A stretch of DNA of 59,999 nt, counting the filler, from Sphacelaria rigidula (lineage: Eukaryota): the NCBI GenBank assembly GCA_964200075.2. It is 2 parts of 2 records of this genome, joined end to end, with 100 filler letters (N's around TTAATTAATTAA, not from the genome) between each part and the next. Parts side by side here need not be neighbours in the genome. Positions count along the whole stretch, not along the records: positions 1 to 29,967 come from CAXNAA020000071.1; 1 more part is not named here. One strand, given 5' to 3'. Below, one piece after another: positions 1-12,600 of the stretch. Both the position numbers and the translations under genes were made by a program. The notes under the pieces are model-generated. The model did not search any database. It was not told the origin of the DNA and saw only the letters and a list, made by a program, of their open reading frames with translations. The first letter of the stretch is position 1. Each line of letters begins with the position of its first letter.

Positions 1-2044
1 GGGCCACCAAATCCCCCCCCCCCCCCTATCGTAGGATGACTCGGATATAAAGAGTGAGGCTCGAAAAATGAAAAAAAAAAATGAGACGTTCGGTGAGGAT
101 CGCCTGCTGGTAAACGACTCTGAATAATAATTTATTTTGTGCGGGACATGAGCCATTTCGTCTTTTGTCTTTCTTCCTTCTTTTTTTCTTTTGTCGTTGA
201 GATCTGTCGGTATCTGTCGTCTGTTGACTGCGTTGCCAACACAGAATGTTGTCTTGTTAGCTGTTGATACTGATTGGCGCTTCATGATTGTTGTCGATAG
301 GATGAGTGAGCATCGTTTTCTTTTATTGAGAGAAAGAGTTGCATGCCTGTTCAGAGGAGAACGATTACCTAGGTGCATGTCGTTTTATTACCGTTCATGT
401 CTAAGAAATGAAGAAAAAGAAGAAAGGAGAAGAAAAAAAATGGACTGAGTTATATGTCTCGCATAAAAAACAACTTCATTAGTTCCGATTAGTCTCGCAA
501 GCAATCAATGTATCACTGTTTGGACAATATTGTGCGCGGGAGAATACGCGTTGCCCTGGATGTGAGTCTTGTCGATCGTCGTGTCCGTTACGCTACGTCG
601 TATGAGCGTAAAAGGGAAGGACACACGGTACATGAGGGAATAGAAAAATTTTACGGCGTGGGTGTTGCTTGTGGATGAGCAGTACCGAATGCAGCGACTT
701 TTTTATGGGGTCTACGACAATGTTTCCGGTGGCAGCGGCGGCAGTTATGTTGTGCATTACATGTGAGGTGTGTTCCGACGTGTGGGTCAACATTTCATAC
801 TGATGAATTCCCCAAGTGTGCACTATGTGGATATCATGCGTAAATTATACACCAGGTCTGTAATGAGCTTCGTTTTATGTGAAAGTTGATCGTCGCCGCT
901 GCCCTGAAAAACATGTTCATTAACTCGCACAAAAAAAAGCGCGCATCTGTTGTGTTCAGTCCGACCCAGCAACCAGTTAATTTGCATTTACCTGGGTAGT
1001 GTTCTAGTTTTCAAGCCCACGGCACAATGTCCCAAAATCTTCTGTGCACGGGCAGTTATCATCATGCTGCCCTGTAATTTTGCGTTGAGTCTGTAGTTGT
1101 ACCACTCACAGTTTGTCTTCTCATTCGTGTGAGTGCTCAGATTTGTGGTTACTACTTACCAGCCTCCTGTGCAGATACCAATTTGGTGATCCTCAGGACG
1201 GTGTGATCGCTACGGGTACATGTCTTGTACTACAATCCGTACTGTACGGACCATCTGTATTCAGTAGTACAGAGGTGTACGGGAAATAGATACGGGTAAC
1301 GCGGTGCCGGTACCGGTGGGACAGGATGGGGTGTTGATCCCACCGCCGCTGGTCAAGGCTAGCTGCTTGCCTTCGTTTGCTCGGGTGATGTGCTATGCGA
1401 CTACGTCCAAATCATGTGGGATAACTGGTGTATGTCTACCATTCAAGGAAGCCAACAGCCAACAAAAAAGCAATCGTGTTATTCCTCCAACAAACGCAAA
1501 CCTGCGGACCCTGTAGAGCAGTTTACCAAGACGTTGATAAGCAAAATCTGGCACTGGGCCCACACATTGTGCTGCTGTGAGGCAGATAGCTGCTACCACC
1601 AATCACCGAGGATACAGCAGCTCCGTGCTGGGTCAATCTTTTTGCCTTAACCTGCATACACCTGCCTTGCGTGTCTTCTGCGGTACTATAGTTACTGCAG
1701 ACCGAACAGACAGCTGCACTCTCGTCACCTGGTTGTTTGAAACCTGTTTCTGCAGCATTTTGACCCCACCCCGATTCTGTGCGGACGGAAACAGAGCATG
1801 CAGCAATACAACTGCTCACGCACTCTTCAGTGCACATCGCACCGAGGTCGCCGTAGAGAGCTTAAATGCACTACAGCACGGCAACAACTACCGCATTGAG
1901 ATGACGGGGTCGGGAAGCGCCTTGCTTGATCACTCAATACGCAACAGCCAACACCCGCTGCAGTTTTGAACATTCGAACAGATAGTAAACAGCACTGCGT
2001 GCCTTGCAATATTTCTCATAGAGACGAACGTCGTTCATCACAAG

Positions 2045-2304
2045 CAATGACTGATGTGCTCGGGTCATTTACTTCTCCACAATGAGCAATGACTCGAGTA
2101 CTCGCCCGACTAGTTTTTTCCACCACGAGTAATGAGTCGAGTGTTCGCCCTATTGATTTTTCCACAACCAGCTATGACTCGGGTGCTCGCCCTACTATTT
2201 TTCCCCACGCCGAGCACATGACTCGAGTGCTTGCCCTATAAATGTTTTTCACAACGAGTGATGACTCGAGTACTCGCCCTAGTAACTTCTACCGCAAACG
2301 AGCA
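2045..2304. repeat. Degenerate minisatellite, 6 units of about 43 bp (core ATGACTCGAGTRCTCGCCCTA)
   Basis: Units start at about 2045, 2087, 2130, 2172, 2215 and 2259. The linker parts also resemble each other (..tttttccacaacgag). Confidence 0.85.
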
Positions 2305-5300
2305 GCCCACCGAATGCGACTGCCACGAGTCATGCTCGTGTTCTTCAGACGTGTGAAAAACTCCATCCTCAATTTCCATGACCAGCTGTTATTTTACGGA
2401 CAACAACACCTTTGTAGCACTCTGTATTGCAACCGCTGCAGCCAAGCAAGCTCGAAGCTCTGCAGGTGATCATTGTGGGCACTGCGGTGTGATACAGCGG
2501 TACAGAGGTATGCACTACCGCAGGGAGGGGCGTACCAGCAAACATATTGTCAAACTGATCGCTCAACCAGCGAGTACCTTCTTGTGCGCCGACAGTGGTC
2601 ATCTTCAGACCATGTACACTGCATTGCTTTAATTATTTTACAATCCCTGTAGTACTGTACTGTACACAAATACGTACTGAATATTGTACTGTATTCCCTT
2701 GTGAAGGGGAAGGGGGGGTTGAGAGGGGGGGCATCCTTATGTCTAGGGGCTGATGGGTCTGGGACCAGTTTCTTATTTCCCAAGGCTGCAGTATCGATGA
2801 CAGGCTTCTTCTCCGCCGAGCCTCTTGCATCTTTGAATTTCTTATCCTCCTTTTCACTCCGATCTCAGCGAAATTTCCTAGTATCAATTTCTAAAAGTCT
2901 GAAAATGCCGAGGCTCGATTTCTCGAGTGGTTATTTTTCAAGTGATGTCGCCACCTGCAGTCCATCTACGTGATGGGGGTCAAGTATTCGCAAGATTGGG
3001 TCACTACCGCGAAGGTCGCGGGCAATTGGCATCTGGGGGATAGGAAAGTGATGGAGGAGTTCGAGGAGGCGTGGCGACGTAAACGTTCATGTCCGAATAC
3101 TGTGCATCCCAAATAGCATTTCCTCGGTATGTTTGTACTTCCTGATATAATCTATATTTATGCTTCTCCCACGGAATTTTGCCACGTCAAGTCATGTTGC
3201 ATGGGCTGTTATATTTCCTTGCCCAATGCTTCCTTACTTGTTTTCATTCTTTAGCTCTATGTACATCATCTTTCGTTCGCCGTCGCTTTCAGTATCTTCA
3301 TCGGGACAAGTGATTCGTTTCATTATTCTTTCCCTCCCATTTGCCTTTGTTTTGGTTCATTTCGCTGTCTTTGAGTCTACCCCGATTCTTTTACGTTTTT
3401 CTGTTTTCTTTCAAGTTATCGTCAGCGACTCGTCAGCGAATGTTTTCGGTTCGTCCACCTCGGGTGCGTCCATCTCGTGGATAATGACATGTTGACAACG
3501 GCTACGTCCCTGGGGGATCAGTAAACGCGTCGCAATCAGTCAAATCTATCAGGTGGTCACAATCAAGTGTGAGCCCCTTTGATGTGTCTCTTCTACGTGT
3601 CAAGTGCACATACATGTCTGCATCCTGTTTCAGCAGCAAATTGTCGTACATCTGAAGAACGTGTGTCTATTCGTGCAAAGGGCACACGTGATATGTATTG
3701 AACATGCGTCCCTTATGATATAAGGCAGGATTGCCTCAAATCCCTCTCTTCTATCAGCCTTTGATCGAGGCCTACCAACGAACTAAACTTATTCTCGCGA
3801 GAATGAAGGATGCCGGAAGGTTAGTCATTCACTCGTTTGTAACCCGGTGATGCCATAGAGAACGGTATTTCGAAAAATAGCGCCTATCTCCCGCCAGTTA
3901 GCGTGCTTCAAAGAATACTCTGATCATAAGAAGAAACGCCGGGCGAAGGCCGTGTGTGAAGGTACGCTTAAAACGAGGCCTCAACTGTCCCGTTCGATAC
4001 CAGTCCTCGCGAAAACACAATATGCAAATTTGCTCATATCAGTTACTACCCAGCCCAGCGTTTCACGCGGTTCAGAGTGGACACACATTTGGACTCTCAC
4101 TGAAGAGATCAGCAATGTACAACACATCATCATACCAGTGGTCGAAGAACGCGAGCGACATATATACACATATCGCAAATAAAAATCACCAAGCTGCGCA
4201 CACTGTACGTCGAAACACCGCGGCCTCCCTCATCAGAAGAAACATATACAGCTCTCTAGCACACCACCTCCCCCCTAACCCTCTTCGGAATCCCTCATCC
4301 CCCCGCCTCTCCAGGGTAGTCGCCAGATTCCTCAAAGGAGCGAAGTCTGGACATCATCATGCTACAGGGAAAGTTGCTCGACCTCCAAGTCCCCGCGCCC
4401 CCGCCCCGGCGGAATATCCGTAGGTCGAGACGAGCATTTGCAGCGCAGAAGAAAAACGTCAAGAGGAAGAAAAAGGCTCCGGTCGATAGAGATGGCATGA
4501 CGAGCATCAAAACGAAACCGCTTCTGCCTCCTACCCGCGTAGACGGCCAGTCGGAGGAGTATGGAAAAAACGAGTCTAGCAACGCACAAGGACAACTCAA
4601 ATAGAGAAAAAGGGCTTTGATGAAACGACGCCTACCCTCTCCCGTCTCAGACTTCTCCTACAAAGCTGCGTTCCCTTTCTGAAACAGCATGACAGACACC
4701 ACAATCACCGAACAAAGCGTCCCAAGAAAGAGTCTCATAGGCCTGTGAACTCGAAGTATTCCAAGCAAGCTTCGGTCCTTGCGACTTCGGCACATTGCAA
4801 CCCCGGAAAACAACACACCAAACAACGAAGGCCGATAGCTACTATATACCTCAAGTGTTTGATGCTACCACAAAGATGACACCCGGGGATCCCATTATAT
4901 ACTGCAGGGGTCTAGCGACTGCGTACGGCACTTGGGGATTTCTACGTGTACATGGATGGAGCGATCTGGAATCTTTTTTCACACCATGCCCAACAGTGGA
5001 GAGCGACCATGTCGTGGGTATACAAAATTCGACTTCACGGTCGACGAGGGAAAGGGACTGCTGAACCCCTTTCGCGATAGAAATAAAAAGGCATCGCACA
5101 AGGAAGGTGGGGTATTAAAATTAAAAACAAATAAAATAAAGAAAAAAGCTCCTGTGTTGACCTTCCTCCTGTGTGACCCCGGCTGATGCACCCACATATC
5201 CCGAAAGGTGTAGACGGGTGCCCAGAATAGATGGGACGAAAACACAACACACAACAACACATGGATCGTCCACAGAAGCCGCGCTGACAAGCTGGCCGTT

Positions 5301-5761
5301 AACACGAATCTTACTATACTGATCAGCACGATGTCCTTGTTCATGTGCTACGCGAAGCGGTGCGATACAGCGAGCTGGACACGCACATAGACACTACGTA
5401 CACCTCAAAACAGATCTGTCTATTTTACCACTACTAGGTGTAGATATGGCACCCCCCGCTCCCCCGCAACTTCTCTACTCTACAGGTAAAAAAACGACGC
5501 CTTGTTGCGCACAAATCAGTACAAGCCCAACTACTAACGACCACACTCAAAGCCGCTACTACCTTGAGACATGAAACGTCCATAAAAATACCATAATACT
5601 CTTACGATACAGCCACGGAAATAACGATGACGTGAACGTTTGACCGATGAAGAGTCGCACAAATCTTAGTCACCCTTGGGCATCGTACTCGAGTGTTGTA
5701 CTTTACCGGTGACTCAAATCTATCGAAATAAACAGTTCAGTGTAGGATGCACCCCCGCCGT

Positions 5762-5793
5762 TATTGTTGTTGTTGTTGCTGCTGCTGCTGCTG
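5762..5793. repeat. (TGT)n(TGC)n trinucleotide microsatellite
   Basis: tattgttgttgttgttgctgctgctgctgctg. Confidence 0.9.
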
Positions 5794-5967
5794 CCTCTCC
5801 CCCACACAACTCAGACTGTCAGTTTATCCGTTGCCTCCCCTCGAGGAGCTTGAATGCGCTCAATGCACACCTGAAACCGCCGTTCCGTACACGACAGGCC
5901 AATTGGCACAGCAGACGCACAGGCGGGGGCCATCAGTTGCTGAACGAGTAATGTCCCGGGCGTGATG

Positions 5968-6163
5968 TATTGCGTGGAAGGACCGCGTGCCTGTTGCACG
6001 GCATCGGAGTTTGAACACACCAGGATCGGCGTGTTTCAAGACCGCTCGGACCAGCCTCTGCAGGAACCTCGCCCCTGACCGTGACCCTGACCCTAATCCT
6101 AACCTTAACCCTAACCATAGGTGTGTTTAAATCCGATGCGGCCCAAAAAGCATGCGGTCCTCC
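5968..6163 (+). mobile_element. MITE-like TIR element with internal telomeric (CCCTAA)-like tract, family T copy 1
   Basis: Left arm ggaaggaccgcgtgc..gcatcggagtttgaacacacc is inverted to right arm ggtgtgtttaaatccgatgcgg..gcatgcggtcctcc. Internal ccctgaccctaatcctaaccttaaccctaacc. Confidence 0.75.
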
Positions 6164-6615
6164 TACTGATCACACTGAGATATGCGGAGATTCAAGACGT
6201 TGTTTGATGATTGGCAATTATTCATACCGCTCTACTCTATTTTGCTCTACTGGGACGAAGCTAACTAATTGTACGTAGGCGTGCCTGCAGTATGTACTAC
6301 AGTAGTACCAGCCCGACAGAGGCTGAGCATTTGTACAGGCACCTATAGATTACTCCCTAGGTTCCCGTTGGAGCTACTGAGATAGGGTTTCAGTAGGACT
6401 ATAATACTAGATGCCTACCCGCACATTTCCTGGCAATTCAGCTTCGGTGGTTTCAGGCAGAGAATTACCTCCGTTACTCCCAGACTAGGAGCCGTCACGC
6501 GTGTGGGCAACCCATATATTCAAGATATCCCCGGATCGGTGATGTTGTGCAGCCGTGGAGCTGTTTATCATACGTGTATTTCAGAAATTGCACAAAGGAG
6601 TCAATACAGATTGAT

Positions 6616-9600
6616 CTACTCGCCACAGTGCATCATTAGTGATATATGGGAGAAAGAGAAACGAGAGAACACGTTTTGGGTGCGGGAATACATCGTGCAC
6701 CTCATCTGAATGTCCTTTGGCCAGTGCTTTTTAAACCACTGAATATCGTGGAGGTACTCGTTCCCTGCTTCCAGCCATCCCAAGAAGTCCTTCAATGGTT
6801 CGTCCGCAGCGATCGACTCTTCGACCAGGTACTCACGGACGCAGTTCTGTGTGCAGGAATCATGATATCGGCGGAAAATGACCGGCCGATAGTAAAGAAA
6901 TGGACGAGTTATGTATTGACATGTCCCGTAGAAATATGGACAGCACCATACTCTCTCATTTTTTGGAAAGACACGCGTATTCGCGGCGCGGTCATTCAAT
7001 TGAGTCGAAACGTAGGGCAACATTGTACACAAAATACGTTTGTGCCTGTATTGTAAGTTTTGTTCCTCTCATCATTCGAACGTCATCTACTTCACCTCCA
7101 CGGTATATTTCCTCGTCAGGCCGCGCTTGTTTTGAACGATAACATCCTCGCCACTACCGTCGACGACGCAGATTGTTTTGCGAACAAGCAACCAATAACA
7201 CCAAACCCACGGGTGAACTGGTAGCCGTCCCTCGCAGGGAAAAAGGCCTTCTTCTTTCCAACGGCAAGAGCGTTGAAGACGAAACATGTGCATAACGTAT
7301 TCCTTCACAGGGAAGGAGCGTTTTTCATACTCTCATGTCAATATTTTCGACGTTTTTTCCTGTGTAGCACCTTGAACAGCGGTACAAGAACAGCCAGATC
7401 CATGCTCTCGGACGCATCCAACAGAACCCGCGCCTGGTCCGCGGGCAACTCCTCCCTAAAGCGAGGGCATACTGCTGATGCCCACTCACGATCCGTCAGT
7501 GCTAGCGCCAGCTCCCACAACTCTACCATATGCTTGAGCCGAACGTGACGCGCCACGGCGGCTGGCAACACTTCTCGCTGCCCTCCGGTACCCACCTTGG
7601 CGTTCGCCTGCTGCGCCGTTTGACGGTGGCGATGGGAAAAATCAGAGTACAGTACAAACATGCATATCACATGTCGAATGTTGATGTAGGCTACACTTTG
7701 AGAAACAACAGCAAAGATCCCTTCAGTTGTTGTACTTGTTGAGTGGGTTGCACCAAAATGTTACAATGAGGCTCACGCGAGGCGGGGGTATCAACATCAA
7801 AGCGTCTATCTAGGACAGAGCATCGTTGTACGTATCATATCGCAACAAGGGCCACCATGATCAAGCGATAATACCAGGGGCGACAGGCTATATCATACCC
7901 GGGTGCACAAGAACAATCACCGTGATGCCCATGGATGGGACCGCCCCGCCCCCTATAACTGACCAACTCGCCTGTCCAGTATTGTCATTGAGCTTTCCTG
8001 GTCGCCAACTGCCAGTCGTACTGCTATCCATGCGAAGCACGTCGCGAAGGAAGTCGGCGAGGGTCATATTGGCTATTTCAGCCGGCAGGGCTGAGACAAA
8101 GCTACCGCCCACTGAGGCGAGAATACTTATGGCCGGGTCGATCGTGTCCAGAAGCGCTTGCGCAATTGCCGGCGTGGGAAGATCCCTGTGCAATTTGTTT
8201 CGAGTAAGGTGCGTGTTTTATCATGTCGACTGGCGTTCATGGTCGCAACATCGAGTTTTCAGCAAGTGGTTTATGACGCTTTTGATGAGATGGTCGCAGC
8301 TGGATGATGGCGTACGGAGCGGGCAACGGAGTGGACTGTGGGAGGGAGGCAGATAGTAATGGTATGTACGGGCACTGCGTTAACGGGTACAGTACGTCGT
8401 CATTTTTTGCCGATGTAGTGTATGGCAGGAATCGTCAGTTGTAATTACGTGGCATAAAACGATCGTCGTCCCGTGTGGGCTGAGTACTACAGTAGGTGAC
8501 GCACAGAGTGGGTGGGGTTCGTGGGCCTCCAGACGCGCAACCGGCGAGCGTCAATGAAAGCGTAGCGTAATTGGAAGCGTACACACTTCGACCAGAAACA
8601 ACTTTCTTGTTAGAGAACACAAGAAGTAGAGTAATTCTATGGTAGAGATGTACTTTTTTTCTTCAGGTATTCCCCGAGGCTGCACACTAAGGCCCAGATG
8701 CTTGTCACCGAGAGGCTCCTGAAGTGCAGAACCTCACAATGAATTCTGCACCCCTACCGTAGAACCACTCAGTATGTTCAATCTGACGTGAATGTTCGCA
8801 CGTTGTGATCGCGTCCTTGTCAGCGCGGGATAAACGCTGCTGCTTAATCTTGCCCCCCAGTCTGCCAAGAAGCGTGTCCCCTCTGGTTCCCGCCTCCCTG
8901 TATCTGAACGACAGCTCGTCTACGTCGGTGCGTATTACGGGGACTCCGGTCATCGTCGCCTGCTAATTGAAAGCCAAGTAGGGGCGCACAGCCAACGGGT
9001 GAGCTCTAAGCGTAATTGACAATCCTCAGGGGAAGCAACGACGAAAATGATATTACGGGCAGCATTATGAAGTATTACGTGCGTGCGCTTACTTACCTTC
9101 AAACACACCGTCGTGAGTTCTTCTTAGCAATGCTACAGTAGGGGTGCACGTTTTGCGCAAAATCTTGTCTGGTTCAGGGGCCCCTAACGATTCTAGATTC
9201 AAAAGAGTATGGCACAAGGCACCCCGCCTGCAAATTCATTCGGGGTACCCCTGGCACATTCAAATAGTAATCCTTGCGTACTCTCACATACTTAATACGT
9301 CGTGTTTTGGACGAGATGAAGGGCTCCTGACAACTGTACCCTCAGAAAATATTTGTGCACCCCTACCGTAGCATCACTCTTCTACCACCGCAATGTTTAA
9401 CCGCTTCTACGCCTTTGCCCATAATGCTTACAGAACAAATTAATACCAACAGCTTTAGGCACGGGCATATTTCAGTGCAGCAGAAAATAGATTCCTTGTT
9501 CTACACGTACCCGTGGTCGTGGGATGAGAACGTCATTCATTGTCTTGAATATGACGATGTTTTCCCTTGTTCGGCACGTAGTCCCCCGTCACCAATGATC

Positions 9601-12600
9601 TTAATGTAGGTACAACCGCCATGAGTGCTGCTCCGGAGGCATAGCACAACTCACCTGCGCCAGGCTCTCTTCAGCCTTTTCGAAGTCGTAGGATCGCCGC
9701 ACGCTCAGAGGCCCACAACACTACACAAGTAAGTACGTGATGAGTGGGGGAAACGCGTCACAACGAGTGAACCTGCGTTAGTGCACGTCCAGCACTAGTC
9801 TACCCGGCACAATCTGATAGCAACCCACCATCCAAGGCACGCTCAACTTCTGTTTTGCTGTGGCTACGCTATTGCGATAAGTAATCAAACACTCGCGTTT
9901 GCCGTAGGTACGATTCATACGCCATTCGAATACAACTTGATGAGTATCTCGATGAGTGCAAGGGGCGTATAGCCGTACTGCATCCAGAAGGACTCACTCG
10001 TCATTCGTGCGCACGGCAGTACGTCGCTCAGCGTGATCATTCGAATTGAAAAGAAAGCAGTAATAACTCCACCATTAGGAGGTCCTGGCGGCTGGAGATT
10101 GCCGGCAGTCGACGATGGTAAATCTAAAAGCGACACAAAAGAACTCTGCGGACGCAAGATTTCTTAATATGCAGAATCCATGAAGATACAGCAACACGGT
10201 TCAACAACTCCGCGGAGTACGAAAATCCTTCTTGAGCTCGGCAGACACCAAACCAGCTGCAAATCTCGCGGAAAAGCTGAGTCCGCTTCTTACAAAACTT
10301 CACCTGTGACTCCAGCAACACTTCCGACAACCGATCGATGTCGAGATCGATGGCGTGGGATCCAACGATATGTGTCGGCCGGATCTCATCCAGGGGCACT
10401 GCATCACTTCTTTCATCACGAAGAAATCTCGCCTGTTTTTTCGAATGTCGAATACGCGATTCGAATGGAGCAAGTTTCCATCCCGAACATCATAGGATGG
10501 GAGGCACCGGGTTTGGAACGTGGAAAATTGTTTACAGTAACAACGTTCACAACGTCTGCTGCGTCAACAACTGTAAACAAAGTCCACAACCAGTCTCACT
10601 GGCCCATACCAAAAGATATTGTGCCCGAGAGGGCGGGAAGGTGTACCCATGAGCATGCATGCCGTTGTCACAAGACCTTTGACCTCGCATCCCCGCAAAG
10701 CCGGCATGGAGCACGCGGGGTTTTCGCCGTACTAGGCTGTCTTGTCCCCGAGGGGAAACGTAGGGCAACGCATGTTCTTCTGACCGACGACACACGATAC
10801 CAATCCAGTTGAACAGTTGCCGACGAATGTTGTTGTAATGCGTGGGAGGACCGCGTGCTTGGGCGACCGCATCGAAGTTTAGACACCCCTAGTGTTAGGA
10901 TTAGGAGTAGGGTTAGTATTGAGACCAGGGTGTTCATGTAGGGACTGGCCCGATCGGCTTTGAAAAACGTCTATCCTGGGGTGTTTCGAACTACGATGCG
11001 GTCCTTTGAGCACGCGGTCCTGCCACGCATTGCAATTGTGAGAAACGCGGTCACCAGGCTGCACTCTCGGCTCTCACCGGTATAGCCGTTCGCAAAGTAC
11101 GGGGCGGGGTTAGTCTTTCTCCCATCTACCGCACCGTGATTTATTTTGGGAGGTCGGAGAAAACGTGCCCGCGTGGTGGTGATGGTTAGTTGATCCACAG
11201 TGACTCACATCGTGCGCGCGTCGAACTAGCTTGTTGTGTTCTTCGGCAAGATATAAGAGCATCGCCAGGGGGAATATACCCTCATCTTCCCGGGAAGGCA
11301 GTAAGAACGACACTGGGGTGTCATTGTCCACGGTATCCTGGAACAGAAGGTGACGCACATAGAGCTAACTTTAGAAAAATCGTACAGAGGGTTGCGAGTT
11401 GGCTCAGATTGGTACAGCCCTGGCGTGATGAATGAGCGATTCTGCGATATGATAAACAAGGTGGTCGGACCACCGCCCAAAGGTGTTACCCGTGCGTGAT
11501 GCGATGGTATCTCTTGGCATTCGAGGCGATCTACAAGACCGCGCGAGTGCCGCCATGCTGCCGAAAATCCTTGCATCGCCGCTTCCCAGCATGTTTGATC
11601 CTGTCCAAGAACATCAGCAAGGGTGAGTGCATCGTTGGATAGGCACGTCGGTGGCTGCGATAGAAAGACGATATATCACACTCCATCTGCGAATTATGCT
11701 GGCAGGAAACGGAAATCCGGCTTCAGCCGACATGCATTCCTCCGAGGGCATCGTCGACAGCAGCACTCCATTATTGTGTACAAACCGATGTGGCTATGAG
11801 CGTAGGGGGGTACCTCTTCATATAGAGGTACTGAGTGATGCGGTAGGGGTACGCAAATATTTTCTGAGGTTGGAATTGTTAGGAGCCCTTTCTCTCATCC
11901 AAAATACGACTTATGAAAATATGAGAGAGAACGCCAGGATTACTTTTCCAATGTGCTGGGGATATCCCGAATAAATCTGCAAACAGGGATGCCCTGACCC
12001 ATATTCTTGTGCGTCTGGAATCGTTGGGAGCCCCTGAATCAGACACAATTTCGCGAAAAAAGTGCACCCCTACCGTAGTATTGCTCTACTTCACGACGGA
12101 AACAGGCTGATATTTCGGCGAGCTTCGTCGGCAGTCCCAGTGAACAATACGGCTTTACTTCCCGATCCGTAAGCCACGGTGGCCGGGTAGCCAGTGCTGT
12201 ATTACGCGAGCTGACCGCGTACTTTTTTGACCGCATCGGATTTCAGAACACCCCGGGATCTACGTTTCTCAAGACCGCCTGGGCTATCCAGTCCCTGCAG
12301 GAATCGCGCTCCTGACCCTAACCCTAACCCTAACCCTAACCCTAACCCCAACCCTAACCATAGGGATGTTTAAGCTCCAATGCGGTCCAAAACGTACGCA
12401 GTTTGCTCACACATTTTAGGTGCTCTCACCACAGTGGGCGCCCTCTGCAAGGTTTGCCCTGCCGTGATAGTCCTGGCTTCGTGAATATCCACTCTCCCCG
12501 CGTACTCGGACTTGAGTATTTGCAACTGTGTGAGTTACAGATCCGAAAAGGAGAATCGCACAGGAAAAAACAAAGTACTCAAGGCATGGATGAAATTATC

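Noticed and set aside
2045-2304. CRISPR array
   Set aside because: The putative spacers are short and homologous to each other, the repeats are degenerate, there are no cas genes, and the context is eukaryotic.
6216-6700. Alternative terminal exon of the RNF213-like gene (AG|gtgcac near 6700 joined to cag|G near 6284, giving ..MRHAYVQLVSF..*)
   Set aside because: Phase-compatible but not distinguishable from read-through to the stop at 6616 without transcripts, so not called.
10180-10812. 210-aa plus-strand ORF and similar antisense ORFs (7826-8356, 12403-12924, 29462-30019)
   Set aside because: They lie antisense to RNF213-like exons and show no recognisable motifs.
12316-12358. True chromosome end
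   Set aside because: The tract is short, lies between inverted termini and sits inside an intron of a continuous gene.
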